From the IMG/VR virus record IMGVR_UViG_2778261450_000003, positions 1 to 38,191 of that record: 38,191 nt of DNA. One strand, given 5' to 3'. Under the pieces are notes generated by a model. It saw nothing but the letters and a program-made list of their open reading frames with translations, ran no database searches and had not been told where the DNA came from. The position numbers and the translations under genes were made by a program. The DNA is from a virus (taxonomy: Duplodnaviria; Heunggongvirae; Uroviricota; Caudoviricetes). How positions within the stretch are numbered: the first letter of the stretch is position 1; each line of letters starts with the position of its first letter. Below are positions 7,860 through 16,718 of this stretch, piece by piece.

Positions 7860-9560
7860 TTAAACACTCGCCACGTTATACCAGGTGCCGTTAATCAGTT
7901 TCTGAAGCGGTCGGTAATACACGCCGCCGATGTTATCTGCCGAATTACTTCCGGTTTCCTGCACATTAATACCAGATAATCCATGGCCTGAAGGTGAGCG
8001 AAATGTCCAGGATATCTGGTTACCTCCCGGGTTGTAATACATTTCGGAACCATAACGCACATCCTGCACGCCGCCTGTTTTGGTCTGGTAACGGGCATCA
8101 AAGTTTCCGTAGTCTGACGGTGTTACCCGCCCGGTAACGTTTACAGGTTTATTACTCTGAATGCTGCCACTCTGAAAACGCAACACATGCACGCTATTGG
8201 CATAAACATCCAGCAGGCCATCACCATTCTGTTTCAGGCCGGTATCGTTATCCCCGAAAGCAATTGAGTTTCCGCCCAGCGCATTCTGAACGCCGATACC
8301 CAACGCACCGTTAACTTTCGAACCACCGCCAACAGATACTGCGTGTAACATGGAAACTTCACCCGTCCGCAAATTAATAGTGAACGGACGCAGGGGGCCA
8401 ATATCGCCATTCTCGCCCTGACCTTCACTGGTAGGGATAAGGTGCAGGCACTCTTCCGAACGACGAAAAATCAGGCCAAAAGCTTCGTTGAAAATCCTCA
8501 GTGCATTAACACCACGGATTTTCAGCTCCCCGGTCATGGTGTCGCCGTCGCGCTCAACAGCGTCTTTTGCTTTATCCATTGCGGCTTTTACTGCCTTTGA
8601 TGTGGCGGCGCGGTCTTCTGCGTCGCTGTCGGTGGAGTTGCTGTACTGCGCAAAGCCTTTCTCCTGCAGTGTTGCGTCCGGATGATGGCGGGATTTTTCG
8701 TGCTCTGCCAGTGCATTGCTTTGTTCTTCGTCGGGTGTCTCCGGGCGCAGGTCCTGTGGGCCGTCTCCTGTCATTTTTGCAAGTGGCGCGACAAAGTGTC
8801 GGAAGCCGTTACCGTCTGTATAAGACGCATGTTCCTGGCGGGCGCAGAACGTAAAAACGGTATTCCATTCGCCAGTAACAAATCCCTGCCAGCTTGCATC
8901 AATCCAGAGGGTATCCCCGACCGCAGCCGGCAGGCTGTAAGGTTCGCGCAGACTGACGCGCAGACCTCCCACATAACCCACGCCGGCGGCAACAGTAGCG
9001 GTACCGTCCTGATAGCTGACCTGAAAACCATCCCCCAGAAAGGCGGCTTCACCGTAGTGATCAAACGCCAGCAGCCGGCGGGCCTCATCCATTCCTGCAA
9101 GGCGTGCAGTGAAATCAATCTGCCAGACATCAGCGCTGACATCGATATGCATTGCTGCGGCTGCGCCGTCAAACTCCATGGAAAATGTGCGGATCAGGTT
9201 GTTTCCCTGCACGCCGTTCGCTGTTTTAATTTTTTGCTGACGAGGTGTGTGTGCAATCATGCAGAGCACGCCGCTTTCTTCGTTCAGCAGACCGATCCAG
9301 TTGTATTCGAAGTCGCCGACTGTCGTGTCCAGAATGATGGAAAACGCGGTCGCGTTCGGCGACAGGAGGCCGTACTGGGTGACCGGCGCACGATACTGAA
9401 TCATGGATTCATCAGGGAGTATCTCATCGCGGGGGATCTCTGCGGATTCATCCTGTCCCGGAATATATGCAAAAACAAATGTATCCGGGCGCGCAGGTTT
9501 TCCACTGATGATTTGATTTGCGCACCAGTGTTCGTACTGTTCAGTAATAATCGTGCTCAT
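7860..9560 (-). CDS. tail fibre protein 1
   Basis: 566-aa ORF, ATGA-coupled to the upstream baseplate gene; shares its N-terminal domain with fibre 2; Gly-rich C-terminal region. Confidence 0.6.
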   Translation of the reverse strand: MSTIITEQYEHWCANQIISGKPARPDTFVFAYIPGQDESAEIPRDEILPDESMIQYRAPVTQYGLLSPNATAFSIILDTTVGDFEYNWIGLLNEESGVLCMIAHTPRQQKIKTANGVQGNNLIRTFSMEFDGAAAAMHIDVSADVWQIDFTARLAGMDEARRLLAFDHYGEAAFLGDGFQVSYQDGTATVAAGVGYVGGLRVSLREPYSLPAAVGDTLWIDASWQGFVTGEWNTVFTFCARQEHASYTDGNGFRHFVAPLAKMTGDGPQDLRPETPDEEQSNALAEHEKSRHHPDATLQEKGFAQYSNSTDSDAEDRAATSKAVKAAMDKAKDAVERDGDTMTGELKIRGVNALRIFNEAFGLIFRRSEECLHLIPTSEGQGENGDIGPLRPFTINLRTGEVSMLHAVSVGGGSKVNGALGIGVQNALGGNSIAFGDNDTGLKQNGDGLLDVYANSVHVLRFQSGSIQSNKPVNVTGRVTPSDYGNFDARYQTKTGGVQDVRYGSEMYYNPGGNQISWTFRSPSGHGLSGINVQETGSNSADNIGGVYYRPLQKLINGTWYNVASV

Positions 9561-10192
9561 GCTTCATCTGCCTGTAATGTGTAATGTTCCACGGACAGGC
9601 CGTAATGTCCTGCCTGTAGCGAAGCGGTTAACCAGATGGTGTCCTTTCTCACCGTTGCTTCTGCTGTGTGATACCTGTAATGGCCATCAAATGTGCCGGC
9701 TGTCAGCCGGGCAGTGGTTGTATTGATTACCTGAAAGAAATAGCGCCTGCAGGTACGACCATACTGGCGCACGAGCTGCATCATCAGCGCGTTGTTTTCA
9801 CTTAACTGGGTGTCATTAATGCGCAGTAAAATAACGTCCCAGTCATGCTGCAGTTGCCGTTCCAGTGTTTTAACGTCTCCCACACCAAGACGCTTAAAGA
9901 TGCGTTCGAAGCCGGCGCGTTCACCAGAGTCCTGAGCGTTAATAAACGCGTGTTTCACTCTTAAGCGAAATAACGAAACCGGCTCACCTTTAAATCGGGT
10001 GATATTGCGCTGATAAGCCAGCAGGTTAAGTAAAGGCTCTGCGCAGGTGTCGACATCAATCTGCTGTAGTGGCCACGTCAGCCAGCTGTATACCTTTTCC
10101 CAGTAGCGATGCGATGAATGTGCCAGCGTTAACGGCTCGCCTTTATTCATCCAGGTGGGGAGCGGGAATTCAGGGATCTCCGGAAGTTTCAC
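9557..10192 (-). CDS. baseplate/tail protein (P2 gpI-like position)
   Basis: 211-aa ORF between the J-like gene and the tail fibre; GTG start overlaps the J-like stop (alternative ATG at 10150); assignment mainly positional. Confidence 0.45.
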   Translation of the reverse strand: MKLPEIPEFPLPTWMNKGEPLTLAHSSHRYWEKVYSWLTWPLQQIDVDTCAEPLLNLLAYQRNITRFKGEPVSLFRLRVKHAFINAQDSGERAGFERIFKRLGVGDVKTLERQLQHDWDVILLRINDTQLSENNALMMQLVRQYGRTCRRYFFQVINTTTARLTAGTFDGHYRYHTAEATVRKDTIWLTASLQAGHYGLSVEHYTLQADEA

Positions 10193-11373
10193 GCGCTCAC
10201 CTCCACAGTAAGGGATTCCAGACGGGGAACAGCCAGATCACTGAGAATATCCGGAAGAGAAAATGTAACCGACTCCACCTGTGGAAATACCTGGTGGATC
10301 TCTTCGCCCAGTCTGGACATGCTGAAACGGCTGTACGGCCATGTTTTCTGAACGTCATAATCGCTGTTTTCGCGAAATGCACAGCGAACCAGATTTTCCA
10401 CATTGCGCAATAACGTCTGAATTTCCTCATCGCTGAGGTTCAGCGTTGCATACAACCAGAGTGTCACGGTCAGGGGGTGGCGTGTTTCAGGCATGGAAAA
10501 ACAGCGCAGATCATCACCGTGTCCGTGATGACCTTCATCGTTAATGAATGCGTTTACTGCATCAACGAACGGTTCGGATGCGATGCCGGTATCCAGCAGA
10601 ATGTAAGCATTTGCTGTGCCGGGGCCGCGTGGTGCGTCATGCAGAAAATAGATGCGGTCGGCACTGATACCTGCAACGCCGGCAATTAATCCCCGGTAAA
10701 CAGCATCGGTGTGATAAGCGCCGGCAAGATTAAACTGATTGCGGACACGATCACGCAACTCGTCATCGCTTTCTTCGTTGGCACCCGGTGTGGTCAGCCA
10801 GTTTTCATCGTTCTCAACGCCGGCAATACCATCAATCGCCACCGGAAGGATGCGGTAATATCCCGGCGCAAGGTTAAAGCCGGCTCCGGCCTGTTCCGCA
10901 GAAACATCGATGTTCATGCTGAGTGTTCCTGCCGGAATAACGGTATCCCTGACAACGGTCAGCGTATAAATCACGCCGTTAATGCGTTCTGTCTGAATCT
11001 GCGTACCGGCCGACACGGTAACTGCGCGATCAATGTCGTTTTTGGTGAAACGAATCACGCCGGCTGCGTGCGTGGCTGCCTTGCGTTGCAGGTTTACCGC
11101 CCAGGCAAAAACATCAACGAATACACCGCTGGCATCAGCCAGAAACAGGTTTTTCATCACCACATTAACCAGCGCATCTTTCAGCCACATCACGGGTTTT
11201 GTGGTGATGGCTGTAATCAGTCGCCAGAACGGCGACATGCGGGAAGTGTTGGTGATAAGCCCTTCGTCTTTGACAATGGCTTCAAATTCAGCGCGAGTCT
11301 GTTCTTCGGTTACCGGCATGCCATTATCAGCCAGAATGCGCTCGTAATCTGCGGTAGGTTTGCCGTTAATCAT
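10189..11373 (-). CDS. baseplate J-like protein
   Basis: About 394 aa (ATG at 11373; ORF track begins one codon earlier at TTG); size and position after the W-like gene match Baseplate_J-family proteins. Confidence 0.55.
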   Translation of the reverse strand: MINGKPTADYERILADNGMPVTEEQTRAEFEAIVKDEGLITNTSRMSPFWRLITAITTKPVMWLKDALVNVVMKNLFLADASGVFVDVFAWAVNLQRKAATHAAGVIRFTKNDIDRAVTVSAGTQIQTERINGVIYTLTVVRDTVIPAGTLSMNIDVSAEQAGAGFNLAPGYYRILPVAIDGIAGVENDENWLTTPGANEESDDELRDRVRNQFNLAGAYHTDAVYRGLIAGVAGISADRIYFLHDAPRGPGTANAYILLDTGIASEPFVDAVNAFINDEGHHGHGDDLRCFSMPETRHPLTVTLWLYATLNLSDEEIQTLLRNVENLVRCAFRENSDYDVQKTWPYSRFSMSRLGEEIHQVFPQVESVTFSLPDILSDLAVPRLESLTVEVSA

Positions 11374-11716
11374 CAAGAGATACCGTAAAAGTCAGGGGTT
11401 CAAAAAAATCTTCGGTGTGGGCGCTAATCAGCAGGCGACCAGAAAGCGGGGTTTCTTCTGTCACACTGACCGTGCCAGGTGTGATGCGCTCATCATCTTC
11501 AATCAGCAGTGTCATCTGCATCATGATGTCGGCACGAAGCGTCGGGCTTTTTTCAGCCAGCAGGCGCGTTGCCAGTCCGCTCTCAATGATGGCGTGCTGG
11601 CAGTCCTGGGCAATACTTTCCCTGTTGTTGCATAACACCGGCTCACTGGCGCTGTTCAGCGTGAGATTGCGACCGGTGATGAGCAAATCAATGTAAAGCG
11701 GTTTATCAGTATGCAT
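11366..11716 (-). CDS. baseplate wedge protein (gpW/gp25-like, positional)
   Basis: 116 aa from the internal ATG at 11716 (the track's longer ORF would overlap the tape measure by ~150 nt); sits between tape measure and J-like gene. Confidence 0.4.
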   Translation of the reverse strand: MHTDKPLYIDLLITGRNLTLNSASEPVLCNNRESIAQDCQHAIIESGLATRLLAEKSPTLRADIMMQMTLLIEDDERITPGTVSVTEETPLSGRLLISAHTEDFFEPLTFTVSLDD

Positions 11717-13802
11717 GCAGCTCCATCCACTCGTTAAGACGGGCAGGGGATGGATCCTGCACATTGACGTTAACCACACGACGGGAGTTGTCGATGGTGG
11801 TCTGGTTTTCGCTGTTGTTCTGCATCTCTGCCGCAATGCCGCCCGGTCCCGCACTGATGGCTTTACCGCCGGTTAATACGGAGCCTTCGCCACTTCCTGT
11901 GCTTTCCGGTGTGTCGATATTGACGCCGGGGATCATGTTGAGCTTGCCTACAATCCAGCCCCATGAATCACTGAAGGACTGTTTCACCAGTTCCCAGAGG
12001 TTACTGAAAATGTTCAGGATGCCGCCGGCGATATCCTTCAGGGCGTCCAGAGGTGAATGCGTGGAAAAATAGTTAACCAGTGCATTCCAGCCGTCCTGAA
12101 TTGTGTTCCATGCATTGCTGAACCATGCCCCCATACTGCCGACCATTTCAGCCACCCACTGAAAGGCGGCGGTATCCATCAGCGCGGCTTTAATCTCATC
12201 CCAGCGGGTGATCAGGAAATAAATGCCCACGCCCAGCGCAGCCAGTGCCAGGATGATTAATGTGATGGGGCTGAAAAGTAACTGTGTTGCAATTGCAGCT
12301 CCGCTGGTGACTGCGGTGTAGATTTTCATTGCTATGCCGGCGGCACCCAGCGCAACAGAATAAAGCCAGAGTCCGGCGCGCTGTAATTTCAGCAGCGCCA
12401 GCTGAATTTTTGCTTTGACGTTGTATGTTCCCATAGCAATGGACATGGCCAGATACAGCGCCCTGACCGTTCGGGCAACTACAGTGAACGCCCACATGGT
12501 AGCCGTCAGTGTGCGTTTCAGCAGAATGAGGATCTTCAGCGGCGCAACGGCTGCCAGCCAGACCAGCCGCAGTCCTGTCCAGACAAACTTCGCCACACCC
12601 ACCATAATGTTGACAACGGCACCCACTGCGGCAATGCCCAGCAGGGCGGCAGACAGTAAACCAATGGCCCGTGTGATATTGGGATACAGACGTAGCCAGG
12701 TAACAAAGGATTTACCGCCTTCGTTGCTTTTCTGGATAAACGGGTACAGAACAGGCAGCAACTGCGTGCCGATTTCGATGCGAATGCCGTTAATAATTGC
12801 GGCGGCCTGTTCCCATGGATCAGCCATGGCCTGCGCCATTTCGACAGCCTTATCCATACCTTTGATATTGCCCAGCGTGGCGATATTCTTTTCAAGTCCG
12901 CCAATGTCCGCATTGAGTAATTTAATCATGGCCACAGCTTCATCGGAGCCAAAGGCGCTTTTCAGCAAATCGGAATCAGCCACTTTTGACAGATCACCAA
13001 ATTTACCCCTGATAAGTTTCATGATCTCGACAACACTTTTCATCGTGCCGTCTTTATTCACGAAATTAAGCCCCAGCTTTTTCTGGGCGCTGCCTACTGC
13101 GGCAAGAAATGCCTTGTATTTTGTCCCGGCTTCGCTGCCACTCATGGTTGCCTGCAGTTGTCCCAGCACGGCGAACTGTTCAGCCGCATCAATACCGGCC
13201 GCTTTTGCACTGGCACCCAGCGTGGTGAACGCTGCTGACATGTTATCGCCGGTTGTTTTAAACATTTGCACGGCGGTGGCGGTTTGCCCGGCGACCTGCT
13301 CCACCCATTTGCTTTTTCCCATGGCATCAGCCTGGTCTTTAAAGATGCCGTACATGGTGCCCATGTAGGCGGTAATGGTCTGGCTGCTGGATTTGGTTGC
13401 TGCTGCCACCGTTGCTGATGCGGTGGTGAAGCGGGACAGCTCATCGTCAGTTAACCCGGCAATGGCTGACTGGATGTCGTAAGAAGCACGCACAAAATCC
13501 TGCGCAGCCCCGCCGTATTCCATAGTGAAATCAACGGCGGCGCGGCTGAGTTTACGCAATCCGGACTCTGCGACGCCCAGTGATTTCACCTCACCGAGCG
13601 CCCTGTCCATTTCAATGGCTGGCATCAGTGCCCCCTGAATGGCTGCTCCCACTCCCCAGAGCGCAGCGCCTCCGGTAGCAATGTCCCGAAAGGCTCCCCG
13701 ACTTGTTGCAGCAAATCCCTGAACCTGTCGCCCGGCTGCACGCAACGGCCTTGTCAGGCGGTCTGTCAGTTCAAGAAGTAATTCAAGGCGCTGTTGTGAC
13801 AT
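11706..13802 (-). CDS. tail tape measure protein
   Basis: 698-aa ORF, Ala/Gly-rich with several hydrophobic segments, directly downstream of the chaperone frameshift pair; largest gene in the tail module. Confidence 0.8.
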   Translation of the reverse strand: MSQQRLELLLELTDRLTRPLRAAGRQVQGFAATSRGAFRDIATGGAALWGVGAAIQGALMPAIEMDRALGEVKSLGVAESGLRKLSRAAVDFTMEYGGAAQDFVRASYDIQSAIAGLTDDELSRFTTASATVAAATKSSSQTITAYMGTMYGIFKDQADAMGKSKWVEQVAGQTATAVQMFKTTGDNMSAAFTTLGASAKAAGIDAAEQFAVLGQLQATMSGSEAGTKYKAFLAAVGSAQKKLGLNFVNKDGTMKSVVEIMKLIRGKFGDLSKVADSDLLKSAFGSDEAVAMIKLLNADIGGLEKNIATLGNIKGMDKAVEMAQAMADPWEQAAAIINGIRIEIGTQLLPVLYPFIQKSNEGGKSFVTWLRLYPNITRAIGLLSAALLGIAAVGAVVNIMVGVAKFVWTGLRLVWLAAVAPLKILILLKRTLTATMWAFTVVARTVRALYLAMSIAMGTYNVKAKIQLALLKLQRAGLWLYSVALGAAGIAMKIYTAVTSGAAIATQLLFSPITLIILALAALGVGIYFLITRWDEIKAALMDTAAFQWVAEMVGSMGAWFSNAWNTIQDGWNALVNYFSTHSPLDALKDIAGGILNIFSNLWELVKQSFSDSWGWIVGKLNMIPGVNIDTPESTGSGEGSVLTGGKAISAGPGGIAAEMQNNSENQTTIDNSRRVVNVNVQDPSPARLNEWMELHAY

Positions 13803-14283
13803 TACGATCCCTTAAAAGCACGGATAATGCCGTTATTGACGGCGATGCTCATATTTTCCCAGTAGTGGTTATCCAGCCAGACGGCGGCAGCCAGTGACTG
13901 CGGCGAGTCATCCTCGCCGGGCAGCCAGTGGCGGCGCAGAATCAGCATCCGGGTAAGGTCATTGCGATCAATGGCCCCCAGATGGCTTTTTATTTTTTTA
14001 CGGTGATTTCCACTTCCGGCACAAACTCGTTATTCACGGCTGTTGCCAGGCTGGCCGGCATTCCTGGTTTTTCCAGCAACTGGTTCAGCAGATCGCGGTG
14101 CTCTTTAATCACGATACGGCGCAGGTAGTTTTTCAGCGGCGCGATTTTGTTATCCGGCATGAAGTCGTTCTGCAGGTCGTTGTAGGCTTTTACGGTCGGG
14201 ATAAACGTCAGTTCATGCTCGCCGACCTGTAAAGTGATGGTGTTCTCTGCGGTAGTCTGGGTGTTTTTATCGTTCATCATCAT
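13802..14283 (-). CDS. tail assembly chaperone -1 frameshift fusion product (E+E'-like)
   Basis: A -1 slip on the A7 run gives a 62-codon stop-free extension (IKSHLGAIDRNDLTRMLILRRHWLPGEDDSPQSLAAAVWLDNHYWENMSIAVNNGIIRAFKGS) whose TAA overlaps the tape-measure ATG (TAATG). Confidence 0.55.
13990..14283 (-). CDS. tail assembly chaperone (P2 gpE / lambda gpG analogue)
   Basis: 97-aa ORF between lysis genes and tape measure, ending ...VKK-stop on an A7 run. Confidence 0.6.
   Translation of the reverse strand: MMMNDKNTQTTAENTITLQVGEHELTFIPTVKAYNDLQNDFMPDNKIAPLKNYLRRIVIKEHRDLLNQLLEKPGMPASLATAVNNEFVPEVEITVKK
13993..13999 (-). other. candidate -1 programmed ribosomal frameshift slippery site (A AAA AAA)
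   Basis: Heptanucleotide A-run at the end of the chaperone ORF; the downstream -1 frame is open as far as the tape-measure start. Confidence 0.5.
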
Positions 14284-14347
14284 TTCCTTTTAAAGTCAAG
14301 AATAAGAGGGCTTAATAAGCCTGCAGGAAGGCTTATTAAGCGTAAAA

Positions 14348-14689
14348 TCAGCGCACGCCGTCGTGCTCAAGGCTGAAATGATTGCCATCCGGGCGGTTTT
14401 TAAAACGACCGCCCCATGCGCCACCAAGGGATTCCCAGTACTCGCCCAGCTCGCGGTAGGCCTCTGTGCGGGTCTGATATTCACCGTTAATAAACAGATT
14501 AAAATCCACGGCCAGCCGCTGGCAGTGCAGGCTGTTGGCAATGCCGGCTCCCTTTTGTGCGTTGAGTTTTGCCTGTTCTGGCGTGCGGTACGCCTCACCG
14601 AACGTCAGGCCATAACCGCGCTGATGGGCAAACTGGATGAGTTTTCCGATCATGACGGTAAATTGTTGTTGCTTATCGGAGAGTTTCAT
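14348..14689 (-). CDS. endolysin, peptidase M15-like (D-Ala-D-Ala carboxypeptidase/VanY-type fold)
   Basis: 113-aa ORF with AAGGAG RBS; motifs SLHCQRLAVD and DGNHFSLEH resemble M15 metal-binding H-x6-D and H-x-H signatures; adjacent to a holin-like gene. Confidence 0.6.
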   Translation of the reverse strand: MKLSDKQQQFTVMIGKLIQFAHQRGYGLTFGEAYRTPEQAKLNAQKGAGIANSLHCQRLAVDFNLFINGEYQTRTEAYRELGEYWESLGGAWGGRFKNRPDGNHFSLEHDGVR

Positions 14690-14793
14690 TTTTGCTCCTT
14701 ATGAGGTTGCTGAGGTTTGCGCAGCCAGTACCACAGTGCCCGGATAATTTTCCAGGCAATGGCGGCAGCTTTTTGTTCCCTGCGGGACAGCAT
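14686..14793 (-). CDS. small basic protein (35 aa) between holin and endolysin
   Basis: ORF MLSRREQKAAAIAWKIIRALWYWLRKPQQPHKEQK with AGAGGAG RBS; its TGA overlaps the endolysin ATG (ATGA); below the ORF-track cutoff. Confidence 0.35.
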   Translation of the reverse strand: MLSRREQKAAAIAWKIIRALWYWLRKPQQPHKEQK

Positions 14794-14798
14794 TGCTG

Positions 14799-15095
14799 TT
14801 ACTCCTCTTTGTTCTCTTTCTCGCCCAGCTTCCGGCGCATATGACGCAGGAAGATTTCAACAATCTGGTAACCGGCAACGCCCATTGCGGTGCCTGCGCC
14901 GGCAATGGCCAGTGGGTCAAGGTTCGGGTAGCGAACCAGCAGGGCAGCGGCAGAAACACCCAGCGCGCTCCCCAGCAGGGTTCGGCCCACAAACAACCGC
15001 AACGTAATCGGCTCTGCGCCAGCCAGCACCCGACTTGCGGCAGCGATTCCGCCCAGAATGCCCAGGGTGATAATGGTGCGCTCATGCTCCTGCAT
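14799..15095 (-). CDS. holin-like membrane protein
   Basis: 98-aa ORF with GGGGTGA RBS, three predicted hydrophobic helices and a highly charged C-terminus (RRKLGEKENKEE); next to the M15-type endolysin. Confidence 0.5.
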   Translation of the reverse strand: MQEHERTIITLGILGGIAAASRVLAGAEPITLRLFVGRTLLGSALGVSAAALLVRYPNLDPLAIAGAGTAMGVAGYQIVEIFLRHMRRKLGEKENKEE

Positions 15096-15098
15096 GGT

Positions 15099-15554
15099 TC
15101 ACCCCATCAGTCCGCGCACGTCGTTCTCTGAGAGAACGGGCACGCCGTTGATACGCACAAAGTCAGGGCTTGCCACCACGTACTTGATTTTGTGCGTGGT
15201 CAGATCTGCGCTCTCGGTGTCAATGCTTAACAGGCCGGAAAGCATCAGCTCACAACCGAAGGCTTCAACGCGGATTTCTTCGGTGCCCGTATTGGCGTAA
15301 AACACAAAATCCATTGGCGGCAGGTCACGCCACGATCCCGCCTGAGCAGCCACTTCCCCGAGCTGGTTAAAGCTGCGGGTACTCATTTCGATTTCACCTT
15401 CGGCACTGACAGGACCACGCAGTTTGCCGTCAGGGATGCCACGGGTTTTGGCAACGGCGCTTTCATCGCTGATGTCCAGTGAGATGCTTTTCACATGGAT
15501 ATCCGTTCCACCGATAAAAGTGTCAAACGCCATGCCATTAATGCGGGTCGTCAT
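15099..15554 (-). CDS. tail tube protein
   Basis: 151-aa ORF whose ATG overlaps the sheath stop (ATGA); size and position typical of contractile-tail tube proteins. Confidence 0.6.
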   Translation of the reverse strand: MTTRINGMAFDTFIGGTDIHVKSISLDISDESAVAKTRGIPDGKLRGPVSAEGEIEMSTRSFNQLGEVAAQAGSWRDLPPMDFVFYANTGTEEIRVEAFGCELMLSGLLSIDTESADLTTHKIKYVVASPDFVRINGVPVLSENDVRGLMG

Positions 15555-16699
15555 GCGTTTTCCTCCAGAGATTTATCCAGCTGAATGCCCACTTTGATGG
15601 TTTTGGGGCAGGCGTAAGGGCGGACAACAATGCTGATGCTGACCGTCTTTTCGTCCTGCCAGGTGATGGCCACATCGCCTTTTTGTGGCGATTTCACTTC
15701 GCCCGGAAAGGTGACACCGTTAATCTGCGTGGATTTCGCCATGGTACGCAGCGGGCGGGCAAACAGCGTTTCATGTGCGGCAATGCTGCCCGGTGTGCTG
15801 TTCAGTGAGCGATCGGCAATTTTGGGGATGGCCATCAGCCGTACGCGGCGCGCCACCTTATCAGCAATGCGGACATGTTCGATGACGTTGTAGTCCCCGC
15901 CTTCCACCTCAAGTGTCACGCCGTCGGCCCAGTAAAGGCCGTCATAGTCGGCATACCACATGGGCACGCTGTAGCGGGCGGTTGCCAGCGCCTGCAGGGT
16001 GGCGAGATCAATTGCCTGTCCCGCGCTGTCCTTCGGGCGCTCTGTGGTTTTCAGTGCGGACAGCGCCCCGGTTGCCACACGTGCCGGACTGTCAGCAATG
16101 GTGACGGCGCTGTTACACAGGCGACCAGCAAGAACACCCGGTTCAAATCCAAAAATCTCCGGAACCAGCATGACCTGCGGGGCTGCAATGCCTTTCTGTA
16201 GTGCGGTCAGTTCGGCAACGTATTCCGCCCAGGTTTTGCTGTTGTTGTTGGCGGCGATGGTCAGGATGAACCAGATGCGGCGCTGATATTTATTGATGAT
16301 GGTCTGACGTAACGCCTGTATGGCGTTGATATCATCCTTCGTGCTGACCGGTTCGGTGATCACCACGCCTTCAACTGAAACAGTTTCCTGAGCCGCCAGT
16401 ACGGCGTTCTGCCATGCCTGGCAGGCTGGCGTCGCTTCTTTGCCCCTGCCTGCTTCCGGCAGAACGGCAACATAGAAAAAGGCATTCTGTCCGGCATTGG
16501 TCAGTGCTGACTGAAGGAAATTCTTCAGCGGGCTGGCGTTCGTTCCCAGCAATTCATCCAGATTACTGTTGGCATTGACCGGCAGAACCTTACCTTTGTT
16601 GTTTTGTGCATTGCCCACAAACAGCAGTGTATTTTCCACGCCGTCCGGTGAACTGCTGAATGTGTTGTACTGTTCAATCGTGACAGATGGCCATGTCAT
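15551..16699 (-). CDS. tail sheath protein
   Basis: 382 aa from the ATG at 16699 (AGGAGA RBS); the track's upstream extension lacks an RBS; size and position before the tube gene. Confidence 0.7.
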   Translation of the reverse strand: MTWPSVTIEQYNTFSSSPDGVENTLLFVGNAQNNKGKVLPVNANSNLDELLGTNASPLKNFLQSALTNAGQNAFFYVAVLPEAGRGKEATPACQAWQNAVLAAQETVSVEGVVITEPVSTKDDINAIQALRQTIINKYQRRIWFILTIAANNNSKTWAEYVAELTALQKGIAAPQVMLVPEIFGFEPGVLAGRLCNSAVTIADSPARVATGALSALKTTERPKDSAGQAIDLATLQALATARYSVPMWYADYDGLYWADGVTLEVEGGDYNVIEHVRIADKVARRVRLMAIPKIADRSLNSTPGSIAAHETLFARPLRTMAKSTQINGVTFPGEVKSPQKGDVAITWQDEKTVSISIVVRPYACPKTIKVGIQLDKSLEENA

Positions 16700-16718
16700 G
16701 GTTTGTCTCCTGATTTTG

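Noticed and set aside
8682-9584. 300-aa + strand ORF antisense to tail fibre 1; similar long antisense ORFs at 12415-13368, 18469-19305, 20234-21121 and 29379-30452
   Set aside because: All lie entirely inside strongly supported - strand genes, have Cys/Arg/His-rich odd composition and no start context; typical shadow ORFs.
11366-11854. Full 162-aa version of the W-like baseplate ORF
   Set aside because: Would overlap the tape measure 3' end by ~150 nt; the internal ATG at 11716 gives a gpW-sized product with a short overlap typical of coupling.
14296-14598. 100-aa ORF embedded out of frame in the endolysin gene, considered as a possible spanin
   Set aside because: No lipobox or N-terminal TM plus coiled-coil organisation and no RBS; most likely a chance overlapping frame.
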